Below, piece by piece: positions 38,301 through 51,605 of a DNA stretch of 64,000 bases (its first letter is position 1; every line of letters starts with the position of its first letter). Under the pieces are notes generated by a model. The model was not told where the DNA came from. It saw nothing but the letters and a program-made list of their open reading frames with translations, and searched no databases. This DNA comes from Lama glama (lineage: Eukaryota), in the NCBI GenBank assembly GCA_028534125.1, contig CM052816.1, positions 9,364,001 to 9,428,000 of the forward strand. Reading direction: 5' to 3'. The position numbers and the translations under genes are program-made.

Positions 38301-40164
38301 TGCCCTTTACAATTTTTAAACCATCCAAAAATCAGGAATTCTATCAAATGACTTACCGCTTCTATTGATGTGATTTTATTGTGAAGAAGCATTTGAAATG
38401 AAAATATTAAGTAGAATTTATTTCCCTTTTGTTGTATTCTTCTAGCATGCCTGTATTCTGCTGGCACCCTCTTGCATGTAATCATTTATCACTTTATCCA
38501 ATTTGCTTTGTTATTGAAAAATTTATGTTTATAAGGGGAAAACTCACCACTGGTATGTATGTATGTGTGTGTATGTACCTTAATCACAATTAGGATTAAA
38601 ACCAATTTTTCCTTTTATATTAGTTTAGGTAGTTTGCTATTAATTTCTTTTTCAAGGGAAAGAAATGGGTAGTATATCCAGTTACATGTGTGTGGTGTGT
38701 GTAAACAGTTTTTTAACATATTTAGTTACTAGATACTCTAATTTCCTCTTCCTTGTTTTGACTATCTTGATGCTTTACATTTCTAGGATGAAAACATGGA
38801 AAAGTGTAAATAGTATAGACATTATAGATCTGAATGTGAACTCCAGCTGCATTTCTTGGTGGCTGGCTGATCTTGGACATTTAGCTTCATTTCCCAAAGC
38901 TTCAGTTCTTGTCCGTAAAAGAAGGACAGATATTTATCTCATGGGGTTATCACATGGATAAAAGGAAGGCATGAGCATGAAACACTCAGTGCTGTGACAG
39001 GTAACTAGTTAGTATAGTCAGGACCCAGTAAATGATAATTCCCTTGCTTTTGAAAAAATAATTTATTTTACATAGAATTTAAAATAATTAGTATTTAACT
39101 GTGCAAAGTGTTTCCTGATATTTTTTCCTGTTATCTCAGATGCTCTATTTCCTGCCTCATTTCTAATTTTGTTAGTTTTCTAATTAGATTTGCTGTTTCT
39201 TGGCCATTTGTTAGTCTTGTCCAACAAGTATTATTTGGTTATACCAATCACTTCTTTACATTTTCTTATTATTCAACTAATTTGTTGTTCATATTATAAC
39301 ATTTACAGTTTCCTATCCTCTCTTTCTTTTTCACTCATTTTCCCATCTTATATAATAATGTGAGAACTTTTAATTTTCCTTTCTATTTTAAAGAACAAAG
39401 ACAATTAAAGTTATAAGCTCTCCTCTAAACACTGTTTTGACCACTTTGCATAGATTTTGATTCATAATTCTTATTCTTTTTATATTCTGCTGCTGGTTTC
39501 TGAGCACATGATTAGAGCCAGCCTTTCAGGGATGGACTAGAAATAAGGACTAGTTAAAGGAGCTATCACAATATCACAACTGTGGGCTGAAAGGCTAGCA
39601 CCAACTACCTAGATTGAGAATACTGTTGGGGGTCAGAATATTTGGGGCTTAGTAAAACAATCAACCAACGCCAGCTGAATGCCCCTATTATGTGCTGAAC
39701 ACTGTTCTCCTCATAGCAGTTTTGCAAATGTATCTTCTTAATTCCCATAGCAGTGTTGTGACACTTACCTCATTTCTTCTTTTCTGGAATTGAAGTCACT
39801 GGAGTAGTCAAATGACTTGCCCAAGAGACCAGAGAAAGTACAATCCATTTCTCAGGAATCCTGGTTAGACCTTCTCTCCACTACTGTGTCCTGTCATCTC
39901 ATCTCTCATGGACTTATTCTTAAGCCAGGTTTTATTCTCCCGACTGTCAGTGGTGAGCATTGTTATCTTTTAATTAACTTGTGGGGACACAAATGGCTGG
40001 TGTTTACCTTACAGTGTTACTTAAGATCAGTCACCCTAACAGAAGACAAGGATGTCAATGAGAACAGTTTTAAAATATAGGACAAGGCATACATGTAGAG
40101 AGCTTACTGATCTATTTCACAAGACTCTGTAAGACCAAGCTAAGAAAAAACAAGATGCAGAACG

Positions 40165-40430
40165 TTAATAGTAGCGGCAGTTAATTTAATAACTACTGTG
40201 TGCCAAGCACTGTGCTATAAGAATATTACATGGGTTATTACAATTAATTCTTATCACAGTCATCAGAGGTGAGTATTATTTTTATTCTTCCTTATTTATA
40301 GATTGGGATATTGCCACTCCAAAGTGTTAAGCACCTCATCCCAAGTGGCAGAACCAGGAAGTGGCACAGCTGGCAATTAAATTCAGGTTATCTGACTTCA
40401 AACCCTGAGACTTTATCTCTTTTGCTTAAT
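40165..40430 (-). mobile_element. MIR SINE
   Basis: ctactgtgtgccaagcactgtgcta...attcaggttatctgacttcaaaccc. Confidence 0.75.
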
Positions 40431-40479
40431 TGCCTCTCCTGGAAGCTGGAAGAAGGCAGAATATTAATTAGCATAAAGG

Positions 40480-40800
40480 AATATATTAAGAATGTGCTAC
40501 TTCAGGAGGTGATGGACTTTTTTCTTGCTGGAAGGATCCAAGCAGAGGCCTCTGATCCTGTGTCCACAAAAATAAGAGGGAATCTGTGACCTGAGGGCCC
40601 CAAGGGCACTGACTCCGAGAAAGACTCTAGAATAATTTATTAGAAACAAGGTAGTATGTGGTAGAGAAATTAGTCTTGTGAGGTAGTGAGACTCCTGTCA
40701 ATGGATCAGGTTGGGTAAATGGAATATCTTTTTGCAGATAGAGTCTAAATTAGGATGGATAGTTTAACTCAATGACATTTTAATTTTTTCCAACAACCAT
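40480..40800 (+). mobile_element. L3/CR1 3' fragments
   Basis: caggaggtgatggac...gctggaaggatccaagcagaggc and gtgaggtagtgagactcctgtcaatgga. Confidence 0.55.
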
Positions 40801-43076
40801 TCAAGGAATTTTTCAAATCAAGTATCTTAAATATTAATTTTGATTTTGCCAGAAAGAGAAGTTAGAACAGCAGTTTTCAGGTTTTTGAGTATGTGGCTCA
40901 CATTCAAATACTAGAATTTTAGAGCTCCTCTCAGGGGATGAAGAAATTCAGAAGAGCTCTAAACAAGTTAGCAATAATTGCAGTGTAAATACCAACCCCA
41001 TGTACTGGTGCCTCAGAGAGTCTGTAGAAGCATCCATATTTGTGCACTGCGTAACTTCATCACCCATCAGTACTGAGGAGCTCCTATTGGAGAGTCCTTT
41101 ACTGCTCTCTTCAGCTTATCCTATACACACATAGCCATATGCCAGCAGACACGCATTCTTTCTTAGATGCCAGCTGGATATGAAGCTGTGCCAATTATTC
41201 AAAACAAGTTCTACCAACTCTACATTATTTCAGTCAACTATTCAATTCAGTGTTATATCTGACAAACTTTGCCATAATCATGTGAGTTAACAGTTAAAGC
41301 AAAATTGAGTTTACATCTTGAATAGCTGTAGGACTACACTTGTGATGAGACCATAGTATAATTGTTACATGATGACCACTATAGAAACAGCTGTATTTTG
41401 ACTATAATGCTGCCTAGGGTGCAAGCTGGTGGCTGAACTAATAGACTTTTATTGATTCAGCTTCAAGATGGGGAAATAGAATGATGCAGAGCTCACCTTT
41501 TCCTAAGAATACATCAAAAATACATCCAGATGTGGGACAATTCTTACAGCTTACCGAACTTTGAAAGACGATATTATACAATTGGAACTATAGGGAGAAC
41601 CTTCATAAAACTGAGGAGGGGAAAAAAAAGGAAATTGGTGTGAGACCTGCCTCCTGGGGAGGGAGTGGTGAAGGAGGGAAGCACCCTCACCCTGGAAAGC
41701 CCCCTCTCCACTGGGGAGGTCAGCTGAGACAGAAAGGGAGTTTCAGAGGCTAGAAAGAGAAAACAGCAGCCACTTGACAGAACAGAGAGAAACCAGCATA
41801 GAAGGTTCCTGTGATCCCCAGCCTGAGACACAAGCTGGCAGGTGTGGGCCAGGACTAGGTGCTGGAGCTTGGGCTTCAGAGGATGGACCCTGGGAAAGGA
41901 CTGGGACTGATTGCACAGAGGCCACCTCAGGGGGCTGTAGTGTGGTGTGGGCTGAGGCTGGGAGTGTATGCAGAACAGCCTGGGTTTACCATAGAAATCT
42001 CCACTGCTGGTGCACATGAAAGGAGGGGCATGGCACAACCAGCCATAGCAGCCTTCTCTGCTAGCCCAGAAAGCATTGCTTGGCACCATTGTTGGCACCT
42101 ACTCTTGTGAGTGGAGGGCTGGGGGTCCAGATGTAGCAGTCTTCTCCGCTTGCTCTGCAGGGGCACAATCACTGATGCACAGCCCCCAAGTGAAGGCGGG
42201 GCTGAAACCTGAACCAATTCCCAGGGGTCATGCAACTTTGTAGGTGGGACTGAGATTTGAGTCAAGTCCCAGGCGGCTGTGGAGGATTTGCTCTGCTGGT
42301 TCCTTTGTGGACCTTGGAACTTTGTATGCATCTGGGACATCCATGTGTAGTACTATTGTGCAGCGGGGATAGATCTGGTGTTAACAGTGAGCATGTGTAT
42401 GCAAAGACAGGACCAGAGTCTGAATTGACCTTGTGGACGATGGTGGATCCATATCCATGACTATAAACACTATGGCAGGCCCTTGCATCTGACATTAGAG
42501 GATCTGCACTGATGGATTTGTGGGTGTGGAGCCTGGAGGACACTAGGGTGGGTTGCTGGCATTCCCACGGCTGAGGCTGGGACAAGGGCAGTGCCAACAA
42601 AGTGTAATTTGTGAGCCTGCACCATGAGTGACAGATGACACCACAGTGGTTGCTTCCCGGTGGACATCTCTTGTGGAGGAATACTCAGCAGCTGCTCTTG
42701 CAGCAGAAACACTCCAGTCCCACCTACCACACACCTCAGCTCAGAAATGAATCTGGGGGCTTCTATTCCAACAACAGGGTAGCAGACCTGGCCACTGACA
42801 AAGCTCTGATAGCCACAGAACGAAGAGGAGGCCCAGCGCAACATCCAGTGCAAGCTCTGGTTCCCATAACATCAATCTCACACCCAGTCAAGGGGTAAAC
42901 AGCCAGTACACACACAGGAAAGATGTGGCAGCCATCCATACTAAAAACAGCCCTCACAACAAATATATTAGATGCACATAGTCTATACTGGGATGCTCCA
43001 CATAACAATAGCCCTTCAAGACCACTGTAGATAACTGTCACTCCTAAATTCATAGAATCAGAGAAACATAAGTAAA

Positions 43077-43964
43077 ATGAAGAAGCTGAGGAACCACACC
43101 CGATTAAAAGAACAAGAGATGTTCCCTGGAAGAAAAAACAATGAAATAGACCTTTACAATCTACGATAACCTGAGTTCAAAAAGGAGGTGATAAAAGCAC
43201 TAAAGATAAAAGGAGAGGCTATGAACAGAAATGCAGAATACTATAAAAAAGAAATAGAAACTATAAAGAGGAGCCAATTAAAATCTGAAGAAAACTCAAT
43301 TGTTGAAATAAAAGCCATATTAAAGGCAGTCAATAGCAGACTAAATAATGCCAAAAATAAATAAGTGTTTTAGAAGATGGAAAAATGGAAATCACCTAAT
43401 CAGAACAGCAGACAGAAAAACAAATGAAAAAAAAAAGAAGAAAGCAATCTAAGGGACTTGTGGGATGATATAAAGCATGCCAATCTACATGTAATAACAG
43501 TCTCAGAAGGAGAAGAAAGAGAAAAGGGGATTGAAAAGGTATTTGAAGAAATCATGACTGAAAACTTCCCCACCTAAAGAAGGAAACAGATATCCAAGTA
43601 CAGGAAGCACAATGGGTCCCAAACAAGAACCCAAACAGACTGTCACCAAAACATAATTAAGATGGCCAAAGTGAAAAATAAAAGATTCTAAAGGCTACAA
43701 GAGAAAAAACAAAGATTTAGTTACCAGGGAACTCCCATAAGGCTATCAGCTGATTTCTCTACAGAAACGTTGCTGGCCAGAAGGGAATGGCAAGATATAT
43801 TCAAAATCCTTAAATATAAAAACCTGCAACCTAGGATACTCTACACAGCAAGACTATCGTTTATATTAGAAGGAGAGATAAAGAATTTTTCACACAAGCA
43901 AAAACTAAAAGAATACAGCAATACTAAACCTAGCCTACAAGAACTAACAAAAGGTCTTCTCTAA
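43077..43964 (+). pseudogene. L1 ORF1 (RNA-binding protein), disrupted
   Basis: ATG at 43077 (MKKLRNH...); C-terminal ARREWQDIFKILK.KNLQPRILYTARLSF..EGEIKNFS.KQKLKEY; internal stops and frameshifts. Confidence 0.9.
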
Positions 43965-44380
43965 ATAGAAAAGAAGCAGGAATCTAAAAAAAAGCTAAAA
44001 ACCACAGTTGGAAATGTGATAACTACAATGAACAGCAACATAATAAACACGAGGATGTAAAAGAGGACATCAAAATCATAAAATATGGAAGAGGAGAGCA
44101 AGAAAATGGACATTTTGGGGGCATTCTTTTTAGGATGTGTTTGAGCCTATATGACTACCAGTCTAAAGCAAATAGATATAATCATGGCTTAACATAGTTG
44201 AAAACAGTATAAGCACAAATCAAAAACATACAATAGAGTCACAAAAACAAAAAAAAAAAGAGAGAGAGAGAAAAGAGAACACAAGCACAATACAAAAGAA
44301 AGTCATCAAACCACCAAAGGAAAAACAAAAACAAAAAGAATAAGAAGAAATACAGAATCAGCTGGAAAACAAGGTTTAAA

Positions 44381-45989
44381 ATGGCAGTAAACACACATCT
44401 ATCAATAATTACTGTAAATGTCAATGGACTAAATGCTCTAGTCAAAAGACATAGCGTGGCAGACTGGATAATAAAACAAGAGCCTACAATATGCTGCCTA
44501 CAAGAGACCCACTTTACAAGGAAGGACACACATAGATTGAAAGTGAGGGGATGGAAAAAGATATTTCATGCAAATGGAAATGACAAGAAAGTGGGAGCAG
44601 CAATACTCATATCAGACAAAATAGACTTTAAAACAAGGGCCATAAAGATAAAGAAGGACACTATACAATGATAAAAGGAGCACTACAAGAAGAGGATATT
44701 ACACTTGTTAACATATATGCATCCAATATAGGAGCCCCTAAATATATTTAAAAAAATACTAGCAGATATAAAGGGAGAAATTGATGAGAATACAGTAGTA
44801 GTAGGAGTCTTAAACACCCCATTAACATCATTGGACAGATCTTCTAGACAGAAAATCAATAAGGCAACAGAGATACTAAATGACAGTAGAACAGTTAGAC
44901 TTAATTGATAATTTCAAGAGATTACATCTCCCAAACCCCAGAATATATGGCAAAATTGGGCAACCTAGAAGAAATAGACATGTTTCTAGAAACATACAGA
45001 CCACCAAAACGGAATCAAGAAGAAACAGATAATTTGAACAGATTGATCACTAGAGGTGAAACAGAATCAGAAACAACAACAACAACAACAAACAAACAAA
45101 CAAAAAAACCAACCTCCCTGCAAACAAAAGTCCAGGACCAGATGGCTTCATGGGGGAATTCTACCAAACATACTAAGATAACTCATACCAATCCTTCTCA
45201 AACTCTTTCAAAAGATTGAAGAGAAGAGAATAGAAGAAGACAGGACCCTATAAGCCTCCTAGGAGAAAACATAGGCAACACATTCTCTGACATAAATCTT
45301 AGCAATGTTCTTCTAAGGCAGTCTACCTAGGCAATAGAAATAAAAGCAAAAATAAACAAATGGGACATAATTAAACTTGTAAGCTTTTGCACAGAAAAGG
45401 GAACTGTGAATAAAACAAAGACAACCTATGGAAAGGGAGACAATATTTGCAAAAGTTAAAACTGACAAGGGCTTAATCTCCAGAATATATAAACAGCTCA
45501 TACAACTTAATAAGAAAAAAACAAACAACCCAATCCAAAAATGGGCAGAAGATCTAAACAAGCAATTCTCCAATGAAGATACACAAATAGCCAATAGGCA
45601 CATGAAAAAATGCTCAACATCACTAATCAGAGAAATGCAAATCAAAACCACAGTGAGATATCCCCTCACACCAGTCAGAATGGCCATCATTAAAAAGTCC
45701 ATGAACGATAAATGCTGGAGAGGGTATGGAGAAAAGGGAACCCTCCTACACTGTTGGTGAGAATGTAGTTTGGTGCAGTCATTATGGAAAAAAGTATGGA
45801 GATTCCTCAAAAAAACTAAAAATAGACTTACCATATGATCCAGCAATCCCACTCCTGGGCATATATCCAGAGGGAACTCTAATTCAAAAAGATATATGCA
45901 TCTCATTCTTCTTAGGAGCCCTATTTACAATAGCCAAGACATGGAAACAACCTAAATGTCCATAGACAGATGACTGTATGTGTCCATAG

Positions 45990-46037
<48 letters not shown>

Positions 46038-46060
46038 GAATACTACTCAGCCATAAAAAG
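44381..46060 (+). pseudogene. L1 ORF2 remnant: EN N-terminal part, short Z region, C-terminal Cys-rich domain; RT absent
   Basis: MAVNTHLSIITVNVNGLN...ICCLQETH (APE-like EN); [31 protein letters not shown] (degenerate CCHC); no RT motifs seen. Confidence 0.92.
45999..46034. repeat. (TA)18 microsatellite
   Basis: Counted directly. Confidence 0.95.
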
Positions 46061-47619
46061 AATAAAGTAATGCCATTTGTAGCAGCATGAATGGACCTGG
46101 ATATTGTCTTACTAAGTGAAATAAGCCAGAAAGAGAAAGAAAAATACTACATATCACTTATATGTGGAATCTAAAAAAAATGAGAAAAATGAAGTTATTT
46201 ATTTACAAAACAGAAACAAACTCACAGACACAGAAAACAAACTTGTGGTTACCAGGGGAAAAGAAGGGAGCAGAGGGATAAATGGAGAGTTTGGGACTTG
46301 CAGATACTAACTATTATATATAAAATAGGTAAACATCAAGGTCCTACTGTATAGCGCGGTTAAGTATATTCAATATCTTGTAATAGCCTATAATGAAAAA
46401 GAATATGAAAAGGAAAAAAATATATATATGTATACCTGAATTACTATGCTGTACACCAGAAATTAACACAACGTTGTAAACCAACTATACTTCAATAAAA
46501 AAATTTTTTTAAAGACGCCTTTTATTATTACTGTCCATGAACTAGACATTTAAAGTAAATCCTGAACAAACCCTAATTTGTGAGGAAGATCTGCCTCCTG
46601 TTTTATCCTGGGCAGGAGTAACCCCTATCAGTAGTCATCAGACTGCATGGGGAGGTCTGGCTGTGACTTGGTGGCCACTCTGTTGAAGGTGAACAAACTC
46701 CATGAGCCCCTATTTCTGAGCCCCACCCTCTTCTGTTGACTTACTGCTATGCAATCTAGGCAAGTCAGTAAATTTGTGTAAGCCTCGATTTCTTTACCCA
46801 TAAAATGGTGATATTAATAATATTTTCTCTGTAAGAGTGTGTTGCGGAGGTAAAATGAAATAAAGACTTGAAAGATCTTTATAAACTGTAAAATGCTATG
46901 AAGGAAAATGAGTTAGTATTATTTTAAAAATGATGTTCTGGGAGAGCCTGGACTGTAGCCGAAAGCAGGCTGACTCAGAAGCACGTTTGTAGGGGAGCTG
47001 GAAGCCTGCTGGGGCATTGCTAAGGAAACCAACAAAGAAATATTCGTCACTGAGCCCCATCCTTATCTGCCCACTGTAGAGTATCTACCAAGAGCACAAA
47101 CAGTGCAAGGGACCGATAATTTGGGGAAAAAAACACATCAGATTCCATTTAAGGAGGGAGAGAAAGTGGGAGCAGATTCCAAAGAAGGAAAATGTTTCTC
47201 TTGGTTACAAAGAGGAGAGCACTTCCTGAACATTTCTAGTCGACATGTATAATGCCATCTGGAAGGCAGAGGGAGAAAGCTGGCTCTTTAGGTTTCCTTT
47301 CAGAAGGGGAAACCTCTGTCCCTGGCATCATTTGGGTATTTATAAGGAGATGAAGCAACCTAAATCCTGGGAGTTCCTCTAGACTCAGCTAATGGGTTCC
47401 ACTGTCAGCTTCTTTGTTGAGTTTCACAAGTTTGGGTAAAAATGAGCCTGATAACACTGGGAATGAAGAATACGGAAAGTTTCCGACGTGTCCCTTTATA
47501 GCTCTGCCACGTCTCTCACATGATCCCTTTATTTGTCATGAATACTTCTCCTACTATAGTCTTGATTTCCATGATGAATTATTTCTCCTATTCCCTTTAT
47601 ACCTGAAATGGAGGATACC

Positions 47620-48040
47620 AAGTAGACATTATAAACTCAGCTTCCCTTAATGGAAATCCTTATTGCCCATTCTCACCCTTAAGAGTGATTTTCCCCCAGC
47701 ATTCGAATCCCAGCCACTGTTAGACCGTGGAAGTTATAAACCTTGAGCTTATTTTGATCCTTGTCATTTCTCTTATCTAGTATAATTGCAAAAAACCGTA
47801 CTGATTTTATCTTCCTGGATCTACCCAGTCCACTGGGACTTTCCAGGTCCGGGCCTTCATCATGTCTTGCCTGGATGTGGGCCTCATCTCTAGCTTTGGT
47901 CACTTTAATACCTCTTGCTGAAGCAGCTCAATCTTCCTTTCCAAAATGCAGACTAATCGATGACATCCCCTTCCTTAAAAGTTTTTAATGACTCCCTTTC
48001 ACCTACAGAAGTGCACATTCTTCTTTGTAGTGTTTGAGTT
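47620..48040 (+). mobile_element. L2 fragment
   Basis: ccaggtccgggccttcatcatgtcttgcctgga...ccccttccttaaaagtttttaatgactccc. Confidence 0.65.
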
Positions 48041-48120
48041 CCTTTTAGGGGCAATACTGGGAGCTGTATGTCTGAACAAGAAACTGTACTGTCAAGTGGG
48101 GCTTAATGCAGTGTGGTCTT

Positions 48121-48519
48121 TTTTTTTTAACATTTTTTTATTGAGTTATAGTCATTTTACAATGTTGTGTCAAATTCCAGTGTAGAGCACAACTTTTCAG
48201 TTATACATGAGCATATGTATATTCATTGTCACATTTTTTTTCACTGTGAGCTACCATAAGATCTTATATATATTTCCCTGTGCTATACAGTATAATCTTG
48301 TTAGTCTGTTCTACATTTTGAAATCCCAGTCTGTCCCTTCCCACCCCCCCCCGCCCCCTTGGCAACCACAAGTTTGTATTCTATGTCTGAGTCTGTTTCT
48401 GTTTTGTATTTATGTTTTGTTTTTTTTTAGATTCCACATACGAGCAATCTCATGTGGTATTTTTCTTTCTCTTTCTGGCTAACTTCACTTAGAATGACAT
48501 TCTCCAGGAGCATCCATGT
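48121..48519 (-). mobile_element. Young 5'-truncated L1 3'UTR
   Basis: poly-T then aacatttttttattgagttatagtcattttacaatgttgtgtcaaattccag; ends ...ctccaggagcatccatgt; minus frame WMLLENVILSEVSQKEKEKY. Confidence 0.92.
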
Positions 48520-51369
48520 AAAGCTCTTGGCATGATCAAAATTCCTCCACAGGAAATTGTAGTAGGGAATACAGAGAAGACTGTATATGTAACCAAAATT
48601 GTTTTTAAAATTGTGTCTTTTTGAAAATTCCATTGGTCATTAGTAGTTATTTAGGTCCCTGAATTACTTTTGGCCCGGATAACCAGGACTAACAGAGATA
48701 CAATGTGATAAATGAGGGGTGTGTTAAATAAACAGACTAGAAAGTCTTTTCCATTACAGGTTTGTAAGCATGAACATTGTACTTGGGAGCATCATTATTG
48801 AAAGTAGGTGGGGTTTGTTGAAGTAAGCAATTTATGGCCTGTTTATAACACTAGGTCACGCTCAAAATTATATATATTGTTTAGTTGCTTTAATATTCTT
48901 GTTTTAATCACTGTCTATTATTTATGGCTTAAAAAGATTTATAAAACAAAATACCTAGTCCTTTTAGAAAGAGAAATCTTTTTCTGAGGTCCCTTTTTCT
49001 AACCATTCTTCCATTTAGGGACTGGCTTAGAAACTAGACTGTTAAGTTCTTCTGGGTGACAGACAGTTCAGATAGATATATGGAGAAAAGCAATTGGGAC
49101 CACAATAGCTTGTTTGTGTTAAGACTAGTTAAAAGCAGACATAAAATATACTCACATATACTTAAAATATTCAAATGTATGCACATGGAAGGATGAACAG
49201 CAGTTACTTCTGCAACTGGGTGGAACATTTTTACTTTGTGTTTCATACCTCTACATAAGGAAGTTGCTTAACCATGAGCATGTAGTACTTCTATTAAACA
49301 ATAATTAGACATATTTATATGTATTACTATGAAGACGATCCAAAGTATATTGTAAATAGAAAAAAAAGTGGTAAATATTGTATATTGCATAATTCCATTC
49401 TTATTAGCAAATATATATTTCTTCCATAAGCAAATATCTATATATACATAAATATATATTTTGCTGGAGTCTATAAATATAATAGATACAAGTTTGACAA
49501 GGATATATATAAATTTGACAAGAAATGTCAATTTGTTTTCTTTGAATCAAATAAAATATGACTCTGAGTCCCCAGCTTGACAGGAGGACAAAAATTTAAT
49601 CCTCATAATTTGGGGGAAGTTTTCATCTCTTCCTAGAGTCGCATACAAATTATCTGGTCCCATTCTCCCCTGGTGGCCACTAATGCCTATTTTGTCCACA
49701 TTTGCATGGGTCCTTGATTGGGCAGTAAGTTGCTTTACATGATAAGCTTCGAGGGGAATCTTTGCTGAGAGTAGACTTTCCCTCTGAGGGGTCCCTCTCA
49801 GGTCCTAGTCTCTCGTTGGGGGTGGCTCTGGGAATTGGAGCCCAGATTCCTGTTGCTTTTGGAATTCAAAGGCCTCTATCCTCTTTTCTTGTTATCCTAG
49901 CTCCAGTACTTCATCTCCTGGCACAAATCATGTCACAAATTCAAGGCCCAGAAGCAGATTTTATTTGTAGTCATCTTTTTCTGGCTCTAAGTCAAAGAGG
50001 CACAAAACCCCTGGAATTCTTGGAATTCTTGTTCTTGGAATTCTATGTGGGTATTTGTATGTGAGGATTTGTGCACATACATTTGTTTTAATATACACGC
50101 AGTTACACACATGTGTATGTTCATGGGGGTTTATGGAAGGTAAAAACAGAGTAAGAATAAAACACAATTTAATATCTTAGTAAATCATTTTGCCACACTC
50201 ATTTTGTGGATAAGGAAACTGAGATTCAGAGAGATGAAGCAACTCTTGTAAGGTTAAGCACTGGTAAGTGGCAGTGATAATTTTAAATCCTGATCTCCCC
50301 AGCCTCAAAGCTCATTCTAATTTCCTTAGACTTAACTATAATCTAATTACAATTTTATAGTAAATACAATGAGTGGAAATTTCAGGCAAACCTTCTCAGA
50401 TTTCCAGCTTTTTAGCTATTTGGAAACTTGTAGGGAAAATGCCAAGTTGCCTGACTTTTTTTTCCTTTTTTAGAGAAACAACTTTAGGGCCTAGGAACAC
50501 AGTAATATAAAAACCATAAAGTGCTAGGATTAGAGGAAACTTTAGGGACCATCTAGGCTGTGGTTTTTTTTTTTTTTTTTTCCTCCTAAGAAGCACTGTG
50601 CTAGGTTATTTGGTTTTAAACAACAGAAACCCACTCTGCCTAATGTATGCCAATGAGGTATTTATTGAGAGGATCTGGGGTAAGTCACAGATTCCAAGGA
50701 AAGCTGACATACCAGATTTCAGAAACAGCAGGTCTGGGCCTCTGAGGAGCAAAACTCTGAAGCTGTCCTTCCAGTCTTTTCTTGGTGATTAATGTGCTCC
50801 AGTTTTGTTCTTTTCTTGAATTCCATGTTTTAAACTTACTTTCTCAGAGAATCTGATCACCCTAATATGGGCCATGGGAAGTCCAGAGAGGTTTGGGGTC
50901 CTTGACTGACACTCCCATGAGACCATGCAAAGTCAGGGGTGGGGGTAGCTGTCTTTGCCCCAAGTTGCCCAGTAAGTCTGGGCAGAACAGAAATCACAAC
51001 CTAGACCTGCCAACTCCAGTCCTGGGCAGCCCCTACTTTTAGTAGCATGATCATTGTGCATTTCATCCTAAGCAAGTTGAAATTAGAAGCTACATAGCAT
51101 AGCTTACTAGGGGTATTTTTAGGTGCTAAGCACTTTTTTCAAGGGTTTAAAAAAACAGCCATGAAACAACCATATTCTAAACAGTCAAGAAGAAAAATTG
51201 CAAACATTGTGGGAAGTGATTATCATCCATCAGCTGAGATCAGACATCCTGCAAAACTGTGTTGCGTGTAGTTGATCTGCTGCCTGATTAGAACTGAATG
51301 AAACCTGGAAGGCTTTAGCCGTCGGTTCTCAAACTTGGCTTTGTGTCAGAGTCAACTGTGGATTCCGAT

Positions 51370-51605
51370 AAGTACTGGGTTTGAAGCTATTTGACCTGGG
51401 CTGGAGCCCAGCTTTGTGTCTACCCAGCTGTGTGACCATATGAAGGTTGCTTAAGCTCTCCGAGCCTCAGTTTCCTCATCTTAAAACGCTGACAATTTTA
51501 CTTTCAAATCATAAGGTTGTTGGGAATTAACCAAAATCCTTTGTGGACAGTGTTTGTTATCATGGCCTGGCACCAAATAAATGCTCAAAAATGTTAGCAG
51601 TACAG
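51370..51605 (+). mobile_element. MIR SINE
   Basis: cccagctgtgtgacc...gcttaagctctccgagcctcagtttcctcatct. Confidence 0.85.

Larger units (their letters stand above)
41454..46503 (+). mobile_element. 5'-complete lineage-specific L1 with two large internal ORF2 deletions (no RT)
   Basis: Starts ...cttcaagatgg; ~1.6-kb GC-richer 5'UTR; ORF1 and ORF2 remnants; AATAAA at 46494 with A-tail; degenerate TSD cttttatt (41446-41453, 46519-46526). Confidence 0.95.

Noticed and set aside
41574..43053. Cluster of overlapping 60-174 aa ORFs
   Set aside because: GC-richer L1 5'UTR has few stops; no evidence for an ORF0-like product
45313..45906. 197-aa minus-strand hydrophobic ORF
   Set aside because: Antisense reading of L1 ORF2, a common false gene call
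49664..49680. CTCF-like CCACCAGGGGAGAA on the minus strand
   Set aside because: Lacks the GGCRS end of the core motif
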